DNA of 64,000 nucleotides from a candidate division FCPU426 bacterium (GCA_963771075.1 CAVYSE010000026.1:64001-128000); one strand, 5' to 3'; counted from the stretch's first letter, positions 10,353 to 19,971 are shown. Made by a program: numbers and translations. The notes: generated by a model from the sequence alone, not told the origin.

Positions 10353-10378
10353 GTCCACGATGGGTCCCCGTCGTGGAC
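10353..10378. repeat. GTCCAC...GTGGAC palindromic repeat (26-bp core form)
   Basis: gtccacgatgggtccccgtcgtggac. Confidence 0.85.
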
Positions 10379-10392
10379 AGCTAAACTTTAGT

Positions 10393-10965
10393 TTATTTGG
10401 CCATTTTTTGTTTGAGCTCGTCGACGAATACTTGAGCTTTTTTATTTCCGTGATTGGCGGCCTTCTGAAACCATTCCATCGCTTCTTGCTCGTCCTTTGA
10501 GACTCCAAGACCCTGGTAATATAAAAGACCTATATTTCCTTCCGCATCAGAGTTTCCTTGGATAGCGGCCATTCGAAAATACTTCAACGCTTCTTGGTAA
10601 TCCTGGGTTGTTCCATGTCCAGTTAAATAAAGACCGCCAAGCGAGTTTTCGGCTTCCGGGTTTCCTTGCGCAGCTGATTTTTGATACCACTCGATGGCTT
10701 TTTGATAATCTTGATTAACCCCTTTTCCGCTTTCATACATGAAGCCAATAGCGTTTTCGGCTCTATCGTCCCCTTGTGTGGCGGCTTTTAGAAACCAATT
10801 CATAGCCTGTTGATGGTCTTGAGCGATCCCATTTCCCCCGGCATAAGCCAAGCCAATATTGAACTGGGCTTTACGGTTCCCCTGATTTGCGGCTTTTAAA
10901 TTCCATTGGAAGGCTTTTACATCATCTTCATGAACTCCATGACCCTTACTGTAAAGACCTGCGAA
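10393..10965 (-). pseudogene. Sel1-repeat protein, N-terminus lost at the transposon end
   Basis: Sel1 repeats (A..WF.KAA.QG...A...IG..Y..G.GV..D) continue in frame upstream of 10851 (FAGLYSKGHGVHEDDVKAFQWNLKAANQG) up to the GGGGTCA terminus. Confidence 0.75.
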
Positions 10966-11028
10966 ACAACGGGGTCAAACAACGGGGTCACCTATGAAAA
11001 AGAATGTCCAGGCAAAAGCGTAGTATCA

Positions 11029-11173
11029 CGGCCCCAAGTCCAACCTGAGTCTCAAAGGACTACAAGTCAGTCACCTATTCGCGGTTGTTTCACCGCACGA
11101 TAACGTTGGACCCGGCCGCTCAATCAGGCCAAGGACCTCAACTCTTGCGGGTTGTGTCAGACCCCGTCGGAGC
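11029..11173 (-). ncRNA. Predicted bridge (seek) RNA of the IS1111 element
   Basis: Two stem-enclosed loops carry segments matching the target (gaccccgt, tcaggcc) and the circle junction (gataac, tcacctat). Ends approximate. Confidence 0.75.
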
Positions 11174-12179
11174 TGGCCGGGCAGTCCTCAAAAGCTTCCT
11201 TCTTTCGTAACATATGAAAGATGCTTTTCAGCATAGCCCTTGCTACTGCTATTCGTCCCGCGTTATTCCCATGCTTCTTCTTCACCCTCGTGTATAAGGT
11301 CCCATACCGTCGGGTTTTGCGAATGGCATGAAGCGAGTTCTCAACCAATATCCAGCGAATCCATTTAGAACCCTGTTTGGTGATGTGGCCGTTGTGGCTT
11401 TTTCCCCCTGATGCGTGAACACTGGGGACCAATCCACCATAAGAACATAGATGTTCCGCGTCCGGGAACCGGCGAATATCCCCAATCTCGCTCAAAATTA
11501 ATAAAGCCGAAAAGGCACCCACGCCTGGCATGGTCATCATCAGCTGGGCTTCCGGGCTTTCTGCTGCCATTTTCTTGATCACCTCTTCTGATTTGGCGAT
11601 CTCTTGGCCTAGTTCCCGGATTACTTCCATATATCCGTCCAGTTCCAAACGGTAGCAAGGCCGGGTACCTACCGTGGCAAGTTCGCGGAAGTTCTTTATT
11701 CCGAATCGGTTTTTAGTAACGGGTTCGATTCCCGCCTTGGTCATGACCGAAGTCATCCGGTTTTTGGCTTGTGTTCTCAATTGCACCAGGGAAGCCCGGT
11801 ACCTAAGGATTTCCCGTAAGTCGCGGATCTCTCGGGGTGGCACATAGGCTCGTGGCAGCAGATCCACCCGCAAAAGTTGAGCCAGGATTCCCGAATCAAT
11901 TTTATCCGTCTTGATCTTGGCCGAGGCTATGGCTTTGACCTTTTGGGGGTGGGCCAATACCAGGTTGGGGAATCGATCCTCGATGAGTTCGTAAAAGTGA
12001 TACCAATGACCTGTGGCTTCTACTACGACCTGGCTACTCACGGGTTGCTTCTTGAAATAAGCCTTTAAAGTATCCGCGTCGTTCTTCAGATCGACTTGTT
12101 CCAGCACCTTTCCTTTCTCATTCACTCTCGTGACGTAGGATGTTTTCTGGTGTAGGTCTACTCCGATATACTGTCCCAC
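11157..12179 (-). CDS. IS110-family recombinase/transposase
   Basis: DEDD residues in GVDLH, VVEATG and KTDKID; C-terminal TMPGVG...GLVP....SGG domain. Confidence 0.95.
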   Translation of the reverse strand: MGQYIGVDLHQKTSYVTRVNEKGKVLEQVDLKNDADTLKAYFKKQPVSSQVVVEATGHWYHFYELIEDRFPNLVLAHPQKVKAIASAKIKTDKIDSGILAQLLRVDLLPRAYVPPREIRDLREILRYRASLVQLRTQAKNRMTSVMTKAGIEPVTKNRFGIKNFRELATVGTRPCYRLELDGYMEVIRELGQEIAKSEEVIKKMAAESPEAQLMMTMPGVGAFSALLILSEIGDIRRFPDAEHLCSYGGLVPSVHASGGKSHNGHITKQGSKWIRWILVENSLHAIRKTRRYGTLYTRVKKKHGNNAGRIAVARAMLKSIFHMLRKKEAFEDCPASSDGV

Positions 12180-12421
12180 GGCTGCACCTCCTAAGCGTTT
12201 TGCACCACCTGCAAAGGTGAGTGCCTTTTCGACTCTGGGTTTATCCTAGAGCCTCGTCCCACTTAAGTGGAGACGCTCTACGCTTGGAGCTCTGCAGCCT
12301 TTTTCATGTTATCAGGTCTTAATTTTATATTATCTATCCGCGCTTTGAACCGCGTCTCTCCCTCCATCCGCTTCTTTATTATCGCTATCCGGTTCCCCAC
12401 GGCCGAATATTTTACACCAAA

Positions 12422-13261
12422 TTATTCCGCGATCTCTTTCAGGCCCAGGTGCGCTCTTTTTCGAAGTAGGTACATACCAACGTCCCTCGCCTCGTTGGCC
12501 TTGTGGAACTTAGTCGTGATTTCCTTTTCCTCAACCTTATATGCTTTCGAGACCTTTTGGATAACATCTTCCGCCGTACGTTTCTCGATCCGATGGTGTT
12601 TCATCGGTATTTCCGGGTCTTTCTTATCCAACAACCCCTTTAATTTCTCCTTTAGACCCTCACCCCCGTAATAAACCCCACCCTCCATCTTTTCCCATGG
12701 CGATTCCTTTTTTCGCAACCCTTCCAATACGAACTTCCGATAGGCTCTTTGGGCTTGCTTGGATTGCCTGCCAAATTGCCCCAATACCCAATCCACCTCA
12801 AACCAAGGTTCTTTCTTCTCGATCCCGGCCGTCGCCCGATAGCTGCTCCACTTCCATTTCCGGGGATGTTTCACCAACCGCGCTCTTACCGGGTTCAAGA
12901 CCACATATCGGCACAACTCCAACAAATGGGTTCCCTTTTCCACATGGATCGCCTTATAACGGCCTTGAAAGAGATGCCCTACCCGGTTATTCCGTCGATT
13001 GAATTTCTGGGTATAAACACCATTCAGGTGCCGTATGGCCCGTGACAAGTTGGCTTCCGGCGTCTCCACCAACAAGTGGTAATGATTATCCATCAATACC
13101 CAGGCATGGCACATCACATGATGATCCTCCACGACTTGGGCCAATACCCACAAAAACAATTCCCGGTCCTTATCCGACCGGACAATGTTTTTCCGCTCGT
13201 TCCCCCGCGAGGTAACGTGATAAACAGCGCCTTCATAATGCACTCTTAACGGTCTAGCCAT
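12422..13261 (-). CDS. Y1 HUH transposase (RAYT-like) with C-terminal DnaA_C/TrpR-like HTH, probably truncated by a nonsense codon
   Basis: YHVTSRGN, LMDNHYHLL (HUH), GHLFQGRY, YVVLNPVRA. The HTH continues after the TAA at 12422 (EIAE*FGVKYSAVGNRI...). Confidence 0.88.
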   Translation of the reverse strand: MARPLRVHYEGAVYHVTSRGNERKNIVRSDKDRELFLWVLAQVVEDHHVMCHAWVLMDNHYHLLVETPEANLSRAIRHLNGVYTQKFNRRNNRVGHLFQGRYKAIHVEKGTHLLELCRYVVLNPVRARLVKHPRKWKWSSYRATAGIEKKEPWFEVDWVLGQFGRQSKQAQRAYRKFVLEGLRKKESPWEKMEGGVYYGGEGLKEKLKGLLDKKDPEIPMKHHRIEKRTAEDVIQKVSKAYKVEEKEITTKFHKANEARDVGMYLLRKRAHLGLKEIAE

Positions 13262-13377
13262 TTGCGGATCTTATCACAAAGATAATATAAAATGAAGACC
13301 TGACCCCGTTTCGTGACCCCGTTTCGCAAAATATGGATTCCATCGGCTAGAGAAAGGCATGCCTTTTCTTTAAAAAA

Positions 13378-13704
13378 TTAAACAGTAACCTTCCCACCGT
13401 GTTTAAATTTGAATCCAATCTCTAAATCTCCCCCGCAAGCTGTTGCGATGTTAGAAAGCAACGGTAACGAGGTATCGCGTTGATCTGTGCCACTTTCAAT
13501 TCGAGCAATCGCGCTTTGCGAGGTTTTAATCTTTTTAGCCAGACCCTGTTGACTCAAGCGAGCTCTCAATCGCGCCATTTTAACAATCTGGGCAATTTTA
13601 GATTTGGCTTTATTTTGCTCATAATAAAAACGAACCTCCGGATCTTTAATCAACTCTTTGAAAAAAGAGTCGGCGGATTCGTGGTATTTTTTGTTTGTCT
13701 TCAT
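13378..13704 (-). CDS. HigA-like XRE HTH antitoxin
   Basis: R....LSQ..LA....TSQSAIARIE HTH, directly downstream of a RelE-like toxin. Confidence 0.85.
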   Translation of the reverse strand: MKTNKKYHESADSFFKELIKDPEVRFYYEQNKAKSKIAQIVKMARLRARLSQQGLAKKIKTSQSAIARIESGTDQRDTSLPLLSNIATACGGDLEIGFKFKHGGKVTV

Positions 13705-14033
13705 GGCAAGACCTCTTTCATTCTTTTTTCGGCTAACCAAAGGTCGTTCTTTGGCGTCTTTTGAGTCGTCTTTTTAAAAACGTGTAACCAGATCATAAAA
13801 TTTTTATCAACCAAAACGTAAGCAATCCTGAATCCTCCACTAGGCGCAGAAAACTTTATTTCCCAAAGTTTTCCACTCAAAGATCTAAAGATAACGTCAT
13901 GGCAGTTTAACCCTTTGTCTTTTATCCCTTCATAAACATCTACAAAGCGGGCCTGATTCACTTTGGATAAATCTAAAATATATTCTTTAACGGGTCGGCG
14001 CCCTGATGGGGTTTTGTAATAATCGATTTACAT
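13701..14033 (-). pseudogene. HigB/RelE-like (Gp49-type) toxin with TAA at codon 2
   Basis: ATG TAA ATC GAT TAT... reads M*IDYYKTPSGRRPVKEYI, in frame with LWEIKF...FRIAY...LHVFKKTTQKTP; operator-like IR atatccagttggatat at 14043-14058. Confidence 0.8.
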
Positions 14034-14222
14034 ATTTAGATTATATCCAGTTGGATATTATTATCAATCCGGAAATTCATCAGGTCCTTGTTATGCTTAA
14101 TGGTTCGATCATTATATTTCGGTAAAGCTACAGGAAAAGGTTCAGAAAGTATTGAGGACCAGGTGCACTACTAAAATGCAGGTTTAGGGTTATCCACGAC
14201 CCCCAAAAGGGCCTTGGGGGTC

Positions 14223-14271
14223 GTCCACGATGGGTCCCCATTCGACGAGCTCATGGCAGGCCGTCGTGGAC
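14223..14271. repeat. GTCCAC...GTGGAC palindromic repeat (intermediate form)
   Basis: gtccacgatgggtcccc-attcgacgagctcatggcagg-ccgtcgtggac, preceded by a related hairpin tccacgaccccc...gggggtcgt (14193-14224). Confidence 0.8.
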
Positions 14272-14319
14272 AAGCCGAACCCTAAAATATCGAGACTGAT
14301 TTGCGTCATGGTTAGCCTA

Positions 14320-15282
14320 TCATCCCTTTTCGGTGTCAACACCAGATACCTTTACAACCGCCCGCCAAAGGGCGTCCTGATTTGCGCGATCATGAATATG
14401 TTCATGGCGCATGATCTCAATGGGACCTGTCATCTTTTTTGGGGGCGAGCAAAAGAACTTGCCAGAAACATCGACGCCAAACTTTGAGGCCGTGAGGTAT
14501 CTTTTGGCCCCTTCATCGACGGAATGTGACATTCCGGGAATAAGTTTCGAAATCCGCACAAATACGTTCTTCATAACAAAACCTAGATTGCGAGGCGCCA
14601 GGGTATCTGGAGCGGCTCCGGGTGAAACTGCGTATACGGCCAAGTCCGCGGGAAGCTTTCGAGCAAGGGCCGCGGCCCACCACGCGACAAATATTTTAGC
14701 ATCCGAGTAAGCCGTGCTAGCCTTGTATTTTACATTCGGGGAACTGCGCAAAATCGCTTCGATGGCTGAAACCCGGTCGCCTTTGTACTCTTTCGCGGCG
14801 AATGCCGCCAAGCCGGTAAATTGAAACATGGGTACATCACCTCGCGCGGGTTCCGCGCTGGCAATAACGATACGAGCATCCGGCGCCAGACGTCCGGCCT
14901 TTAAAAGGCCCAGGGTCAATTGATGATGACCGATCAGAGGCGCTTGCGACGCTTCAATGTTCTCACTTGTCACAACACGTTCTTTGCCTGGCATCATGCC
15001 AGCGTTCAGAAGGAGAAAATCTATGGGTTCGTCTTGGGCGTCTGGCTTTCCTAGCGAGGCGACCGCCTTCTTCACGCTTGCGAACGAATCCAGGTCGAGG
15101 GCAAGACCGGCGATATTTTTAGTTCCGGCATCGGTTTTTAACCTGCTAACGGCTTCATCCACTTTGGCCTGGCTACGTCCAGTGGCTATCACCTGACTCC
15201 AGCCATCCATGGCAAGCTGCTTGGCCGCCGAGTATCCTAAACCAGACGTAGCGCCGGTAACGAGCGCGACACCCTTTTTCAT
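14320..15282 (-). CDS. SDR family NAD(P)-dependent oxidoreductase
   Basis: VALVTGATSGLG, LLLNAG and YSDAK (YxxxK). Confidence 0.9.
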   Translation of the reverse strand: MKKGVALVTGATSGLGYSAAKQLAMDGWSQVIATGRSQAKVDEAVSRLKTDAGTKNIAGLALDLDSFASVKKAVASLGKPDAQDEPIDFLLLNAGMMPGKERVVTSENIEASQAPLIGHHQLTLGLLKAGRLAPDARIVIASAEPARGDVPMFQFTGLAAFAAKEYKGDRVSAIEAILRSSPNVKYKASTAYSDAKIFVAWWAAALARKLPADLAVYAVSPGAAPDTLAPRNLGFVMKNVFVRISKLIPGMSHSVDEGAKRYLTASKFGVDVSGKFFCSPPKKMTGPIEIMRHEHIHDRANQDALWRAVVKVSGVDTEKG

Positions 15283-15330
15283 AGTTTGTCTCCTAAGTCT
15301 AAAATTGTGGGAATTTCACAAATCAATTAT

Positions 15331-15391
15331 TGTAGTATACGCTACAGAAAATCCAAACCGCTGTCAAGCGATATTGTTGCGGTTGCTACAA
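15331..15391. promoter_or_regulatory. Two TetR operator-like palindromes between divergent SDR and TetR genes
   Basis: tgtagtatacgctaca and tgttgcggttgctaca share TGTwG...GCTACA. Confidence 0.55.
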
Positions 15392-15430
15392 TAAGATTGT
15401 CCAAAGTTTTTCGTGCGAGTAAAATGGGGC

Positions 15431-16018
15431 ATGAGTCGAAAAATAGAATTTAATTACGCTAATGCGGTGGATCGAGCGATGCGGGTCTTTTGGGGTGAGG
15501 GATACTCCGGCGCATCACTCAGAGACCTTCTCAAGGCGATGAAAATTGGGGAAGGCTCCTTCTACAATGCCGTCAAAAGCAAAAAGAAGCTCTACATCGA
15601 ATGCTTGAATCGATATGGAGAGGTCGAAGGCAATAAAAGAATTTTGGCCCTAACCTCAGCCCCGAATGCGCGTCTCGGACTGCGGGCTATGCTAAGCGCA
15701 ATGTTCGATTGTCTCGATGATCCGAAGAATCCGTCATCTCTTTGCATGATTGCGGCAATGATTTCCGGAGATGTCATGGCTGATAGCGAATTAAAGAAAG
15801 TCGCTATTGCCAGTGTCGATCAAGCTAAAAAGTTAATTGAAGATAAGATTGATGATGACAAAAAAGCTGGACGTCTTCCTAAAAGCTTTGACTCCCATAC
15901 AGTTGCTGGCGTCATAGTTACCTACTATCAAGGCATTTGGCGCATGGCCATGGTTTCATACAAAAGGGAACAGTTCGAGCGCGAATCAGAGGCATTTCTT
16001 CGAGGTTTGGGTCTTTAG
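15431..16018 (+). CDS. TetR/AcrR family regulator
   Basis: AM.VFW..GY...S.RDL..AM.IG.GSFYN...SK..LY HTH. Confidence 0.92.
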   Translation: MSRKIEFNYANAVDRAMRVFWGEGYSGASLRDLLKAMKIGEGSFYNAVKSKKKLYIECLNRYGEVEGNKRILALTSAPNARLGLRAMLSAMFDCLDDPKNPSSLCMIAAMISGDVMADSELKKVAIASVDQAKKLIEDKIDDDKKAGRLPKSFDSHTVAGVIVTYYQGIWRMAMVSYKREQFERESEAFLRGLGL

Positions 16019-16206
16019 GTTTGGAATTCCTGAATCACACTGATGCTCCAACTTCCAAGTCAGTCAGCAACACTTCGTCTACCGTTTCTTTGAAACGGTA
16101 GCGACCCAATCATGCACCTCGCCTAGTGGGCTCGGCGCAGGACGGGCTTATATAGCCCTTCGTCCGAAGTGAAACAAGAAAATTAGTACTAAAAGTCTTT
16201 TTTCTT

Positions 16207-16232
16207 GTCCACAAAGGGTCCCCGTCGTGGAC
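16207..16232. repeat. GTCCAC...GTGGAC palindromic repeat (26-bp core form)
   Basis: gtccacaaagggtccccgtcgtggac, flanked by ctt/aag. Confidence 0.8.
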
Positions 16233-16258
16233 AAGGTAAAACTGAGAATAGTATTATT

Positions 16259-16526
16259 TTAACCTTTTAAACGTCGGGCTCTTTTATTCCAGAAATAAGC
16301 AAAAGTAAATTTATATCCAACAAAGAAGAAGCGCAATCACAAAAGACTTAATCGAAAGAATTTCCTTATTGAAAATAAACACAAGCAAATAAAACAGGAG
16401 AGCAGCCTGTGTCCCGAAAAAAGGTGTGATTTTCAATAAAAGGGCATTATCAATAAATTGATCTTTTGGAGGTCGCATCTTAATTAAAGGCCACCAACCC
16501 CAATCCATGTCGGTAAGATTATTCAT
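16259..16526 (-). pseudogene. Small membrane protein, frameshifted
   Basis: MNNLTDMDWGWWP..MRP start; a plausible C-terminus YKFTFAYFWNKRARRLKG lies in another frame. Confidence 0.5.
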
Positions 16527-17449
16527 TGAACCGAAAACATCCGGGGAAGGAAGATACCTTCATCCTCGATTTTTGGAACGAGCCGAACGAGATACAACGA
16601 TCTTTCCAACCCTATTACGAAGATTGCACGGTGGATGAACCGGCGGACGCCGACAAGCTTTATGAAGTCCAGGCCAAGCTGAATGACTACCAAATTTATT
16701 TCTTGTCTGAGGTCGAGAATTTCTGCAAAGTTTTTTACAAGAGCAAGACCATGCAGGAAACCCGCGACCATGCCCAATTGAACGCCTTCTTGGACCCGGC
16801 GGTGGAAAGGTTCAGGCAAAAAGAAGAGGAAACCCAAGAAATATTCAAGAAAGACCTAATCAGTTACCTGCGGCTTTATTCCTTCCTCGCCCAAATCATG
16901 CCTTTCCAGGATTCGGATTTGGAAAAGCTTTATGCCTATGGCCGGTTTTTGCTCCTCAAACTTCCCAAACGAACTACCGAACGTTACGCCTTTGGAGATG
17001 AAGTGGCCTTGAAATATTACCGGTTACAAAAGACCATGGAAGGAAGCGTCGCTTTAATCGCCCATGAGGGTGGGATCGTCTATGGGGCGGATGAGGTGGC
17101 TACGGGCCAAGAGAAGAATGAGAAGGTTGAGCTTTCCAAAATAATCGAAATATTGAATGAACGTTTTGGCACTGATTTCAAACCAGCCGACGCCCTTTTC
17201 CTTGAGCAGGTGAAAGAAGATGCGATTGCGAATGAAGAATTGATGAAAGTCGCCCACGCTAATAACGACATCAATAATTTCGGCCTTGTGTTCAAAAAGG
17301 TCTTGGAAGGCTTTTTCGTGGAACGCATGGACCAGAACCAGGAAATCTTTGAGAAGTTTATGGAGAACAACGAATTCCAGAAATTGGTCACGGATTATTT
17401 GATGAAGCAAGTTTATGACGGTATTCGGACAAAAGAAAAAAGTATTTAA
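16526..17449 (+). pseudogene. hsdR: C-terminal fragment of type I restriction endonuclease subunit R
   Basis: LNRKHPGKEDTFILDF.N....IQ.SF.PYY and LS.II..LNERFGTDF motifs; nuclease and helicase parts absent; no hsdM or hsdS in the window. Confidence 0.8.
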
Positions 17450-17617
17450 TCGAACTCGAATATTAAAAAGGGGTCGCCATTTTCCACTTTGCGAATAAAT
17501 GAAATCCAAATTGAATCTTTTCGGGTAGTATTTCTATTCGTCTAAATTGAAAGATTAAAACCTATTCGGGCGGGTGTCCTATGCCATTCAAACCAAACCA
17601 GGGATACGGGACACTAC

Positions 17618-19800
17618 CTAAATTCTTTTCAAGCGGAAGAGCGCGCAATGGTAGGCCTCCGGCGAGGAGACGGGCTGGAACGATCGGGGAAGCCAGCCTT
17701 CCTTCATCAGGGTATCGGAATTGAACCTTTTCCCCTCTTCCTTTATCTCATAGTAGGAATCGGGTGCCAGGCCCCGGAGCTTGATCGGTTTCGCCGGGCC
17801 CTCCAAAGCCTTGATCTGGAATATAAAGAGAAGAGCTTCCTTCTGGTCCTGGCTGGTGAACATCCAGGAAGCGCGGGAAGAACCATAGGGCGCCTCCAAA
17901 CGATGGTAGTCACCGAACTGGACGATGGGCCGGATTTCCTTGTAAAGGGCGATATAGCCCGCCAGGTCCTCGCGCTCCCGAACGCTCCACTTGGAAATAT
18001 CCGCTTCCACGCCCATGTTAGCCGACATGGCTAAAAGCGCCCTCCATTTCAGGGGGCTTTCCCTTTTGGCGATATGGCTGGGGGAGGAGCCGATATGGGA
18101 ACCCTGGGTTACGGCGGGATAACCGTAGGTGGTGCCGTATTGGATGAAGAGCCGGTCCAGCCCATCCATGTTGTCCGAGGACCAGATCTGGGGCTGGTAG
18201 CTCAGGATTCCCAGGTCAAAACGGGCGCCTCCTCCCGCGCAACCCTCGAAGAGGGTGTCGGGAAAACGGTGGTTGAAGCGTTCCATCAACTCGTAGACAC
18301 CCAGGCAATAGCGGTGGTAAACCTCGCCCTGGCGGCCGGGGGGAGCGCGGGGCTGCCCGCCTCGGTGAGGGCCCGGTTCATGTCCCATTTCACGTAATCC
18401 ACGCGCCCCTCGTCCAGGACCCGGCTGATGGTCTCGAAGAGATAGTCCCGGACCTCCCCGCGGGACATGTCCAACACCAACTGCCAACGGGCGGTTTTGC
18501 GCTCCCGGTTCGGGACGTGCAGGCACCAATCGGGGTGCTTTTCGTAGAGCTCGCTCACCGGCGAGACCATTTCGGGCTCGATCCAAAGGCCGAACTTGAG
18601 GCCCAAGGCGTGGATCTCCCGGGCCAGACCCTGGATGCCCTGGGGCAATTTACGGGTGTCGGGAAACCAGTCCCCCAAAGAGCCGCTGTCCTTGTCCCTC
18701 TTGCCGAACCAACCGTCGTCCAGAACCATCATCTCGATTCCGGCCTGGACGGCGCTTTGGGCGATCCGCAGGATATCGTCCCGATTGAAATTGAAATAGG
18801 TAGCTTCCCAATTGTTCAAAAGGGTGGGGCGGGTCCGGGCGGCCCAATTACCCCGGCAAACGCGCTCCCGGATGAAGGGATGCAGGGCCTGGCTCAAGGG
18901 CGCGAAGCCCTTCGCCGAATAGGTGGTGACGCATTCGGGCGCGGTGAAGGTTTCCCCCGGCCCCAAGAACCACTTGAAGCCGAAATCGTTCAAGCCCATG
19001 TTCAGCCTCAGCCAGCCCAGGTGATTGACCTCGGCTTCCAACAGCCAGTTGCCGCTATAGGCCAGTTGGAGGCCGTAAACCTCGCCGCTTTCCTCGTCCG
19101 CCCCGCCGCGGACCAACATTACGAAGGGGTTCATGTCATGGGAAGAGATGCCCCGGCGGCTTTCCAAGCGCAGGGTGCCTTGGAGGAGGGGTCGTTCCTG
19201 AAGCGTGCGTTCGCGGGCCCAGGCGCCGCCAAAGCTCACCATGCGGTATTCACCGGAGGGAAGGTCCAAACCCAGGGAAGCGAACTTCAAAACTTGAATG
19301 GATTGGTTCCCAGAATTCCGGATCCTGCTCCTGCGGACGAGGACATTGCGGTGGGGATAGAGGGTGTAGAAAAGGTCGATTTCCAGGCCGGTGGGCTTGT
19401 CGCCCAGGGTGACGCGCAGGGTTTGGGCCTTGTCTTCCGGCTCGGTGCGGGAAGAGGGGAGGCCGGGGAATTCCGGCTTGTGATCGGAGATATCGTGGGA
19501 GAGGTATTGGAATTCGGTGATCCGGGAACCGTCCGCCAATTCCACGATGAAAGCGGGACAGCGCAGGTCGTTATGGCCGAAATCGGCGAATTCCCGCCGA
19601 AGAAGGTCCAGGTTGGCGTTGGGACTGCGGTCTTGAATGGACCGCTCCCATTCCTCCAGCCGTTGATTTTCCTCAGCGTTGGAAAGGATGGCTCCCCAAT
19701 GGAGGTGGCCCAGCCCGCCCAAGGGGTTGACGGCGAGGAGAAGGGTCGAATCCCTTGAGTCCAACCGGAAGGTCTGGGAGGCGGCATTGAATTGGATCAT
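17618..19800 (-). CDS. GH36 alpha-galactosidase, split by one frameshift near 18340
   Basis: LLNNWEATYF, VLDDGWFG, FGLWIEPEMV and YVKWDMNR in ORF 18286-19800; EGCAGGGARFD and WSSDNMD in ORF 17618-18586; shift at the G6 run 18338-18343. Confidence 0.9.
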
Positions 19801-19904
19801 GAAAACTCCAAGGGAACTTGTTTCGCGGGAGTGAATCCGTATTGTACGAGCTCCCTGATTTTAAGGCGCCCGAGACTTTAAGTTACCAGAAAAGACGGGC
19901 GGAA

Positions 19905-19918
19905 TTAAATCGTTTTAG
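19905..19918. promoter_or_regulatory. Putative LacI operator (GH36/SBP divergent region)
   Basis: ttaaatcgttttag, similar to sites at 22495 and 27713. Confidence 0.6.
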
Positions 19919-19971
19919 TTAAATTCGGGTATAATCCTGCCGACTCATTTTATCCGGGGCTGGAGGTATCG

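Larger units (their letters stand above)
10991..12314 (-). mobile_element. IS110 family, IS1111-type insertion sequence
   Basis: Sub-terminal IRs atgaaaaag (10994-11002) and ctttttcat (12299-12307) lie 3 and 7 nt from the ends; long non-coding region 3' of the transposase; removal restores ggggtca|ggtctt. Confidence 0.9.
10984..13307 (-). mobile_element. TIR-flanked Y1/HUH (RAYT-like) element, interrupted by IS110
   Basis: Right end 13280-13307, reverse-complemented, is ggggtcaggtcttcattttatattatct. The left end rebuilt from 10984-10990 plus 12315-12335 is ggggtcaggtcttaattttatattatct (27/28 identical). Confidence 0.8.

Noticed and set aside
9307..14033. Stop-codon reassignment explaining in-frame TAA codons
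   Set aside because: TAA ends many intact conserved genes in the window (rplT, rpmI, lacI), and the internal stops are confined to accessory genes.
9628..16232. Canonical integron attC sites or a CRISPR array
   Set aside because: Ends are GTCCAC/GTGGAC rather than RYYYAAC/GTTRRRY, two copies are only 26 bp, the spacers are whole genes, and no intI or cas gene is present.
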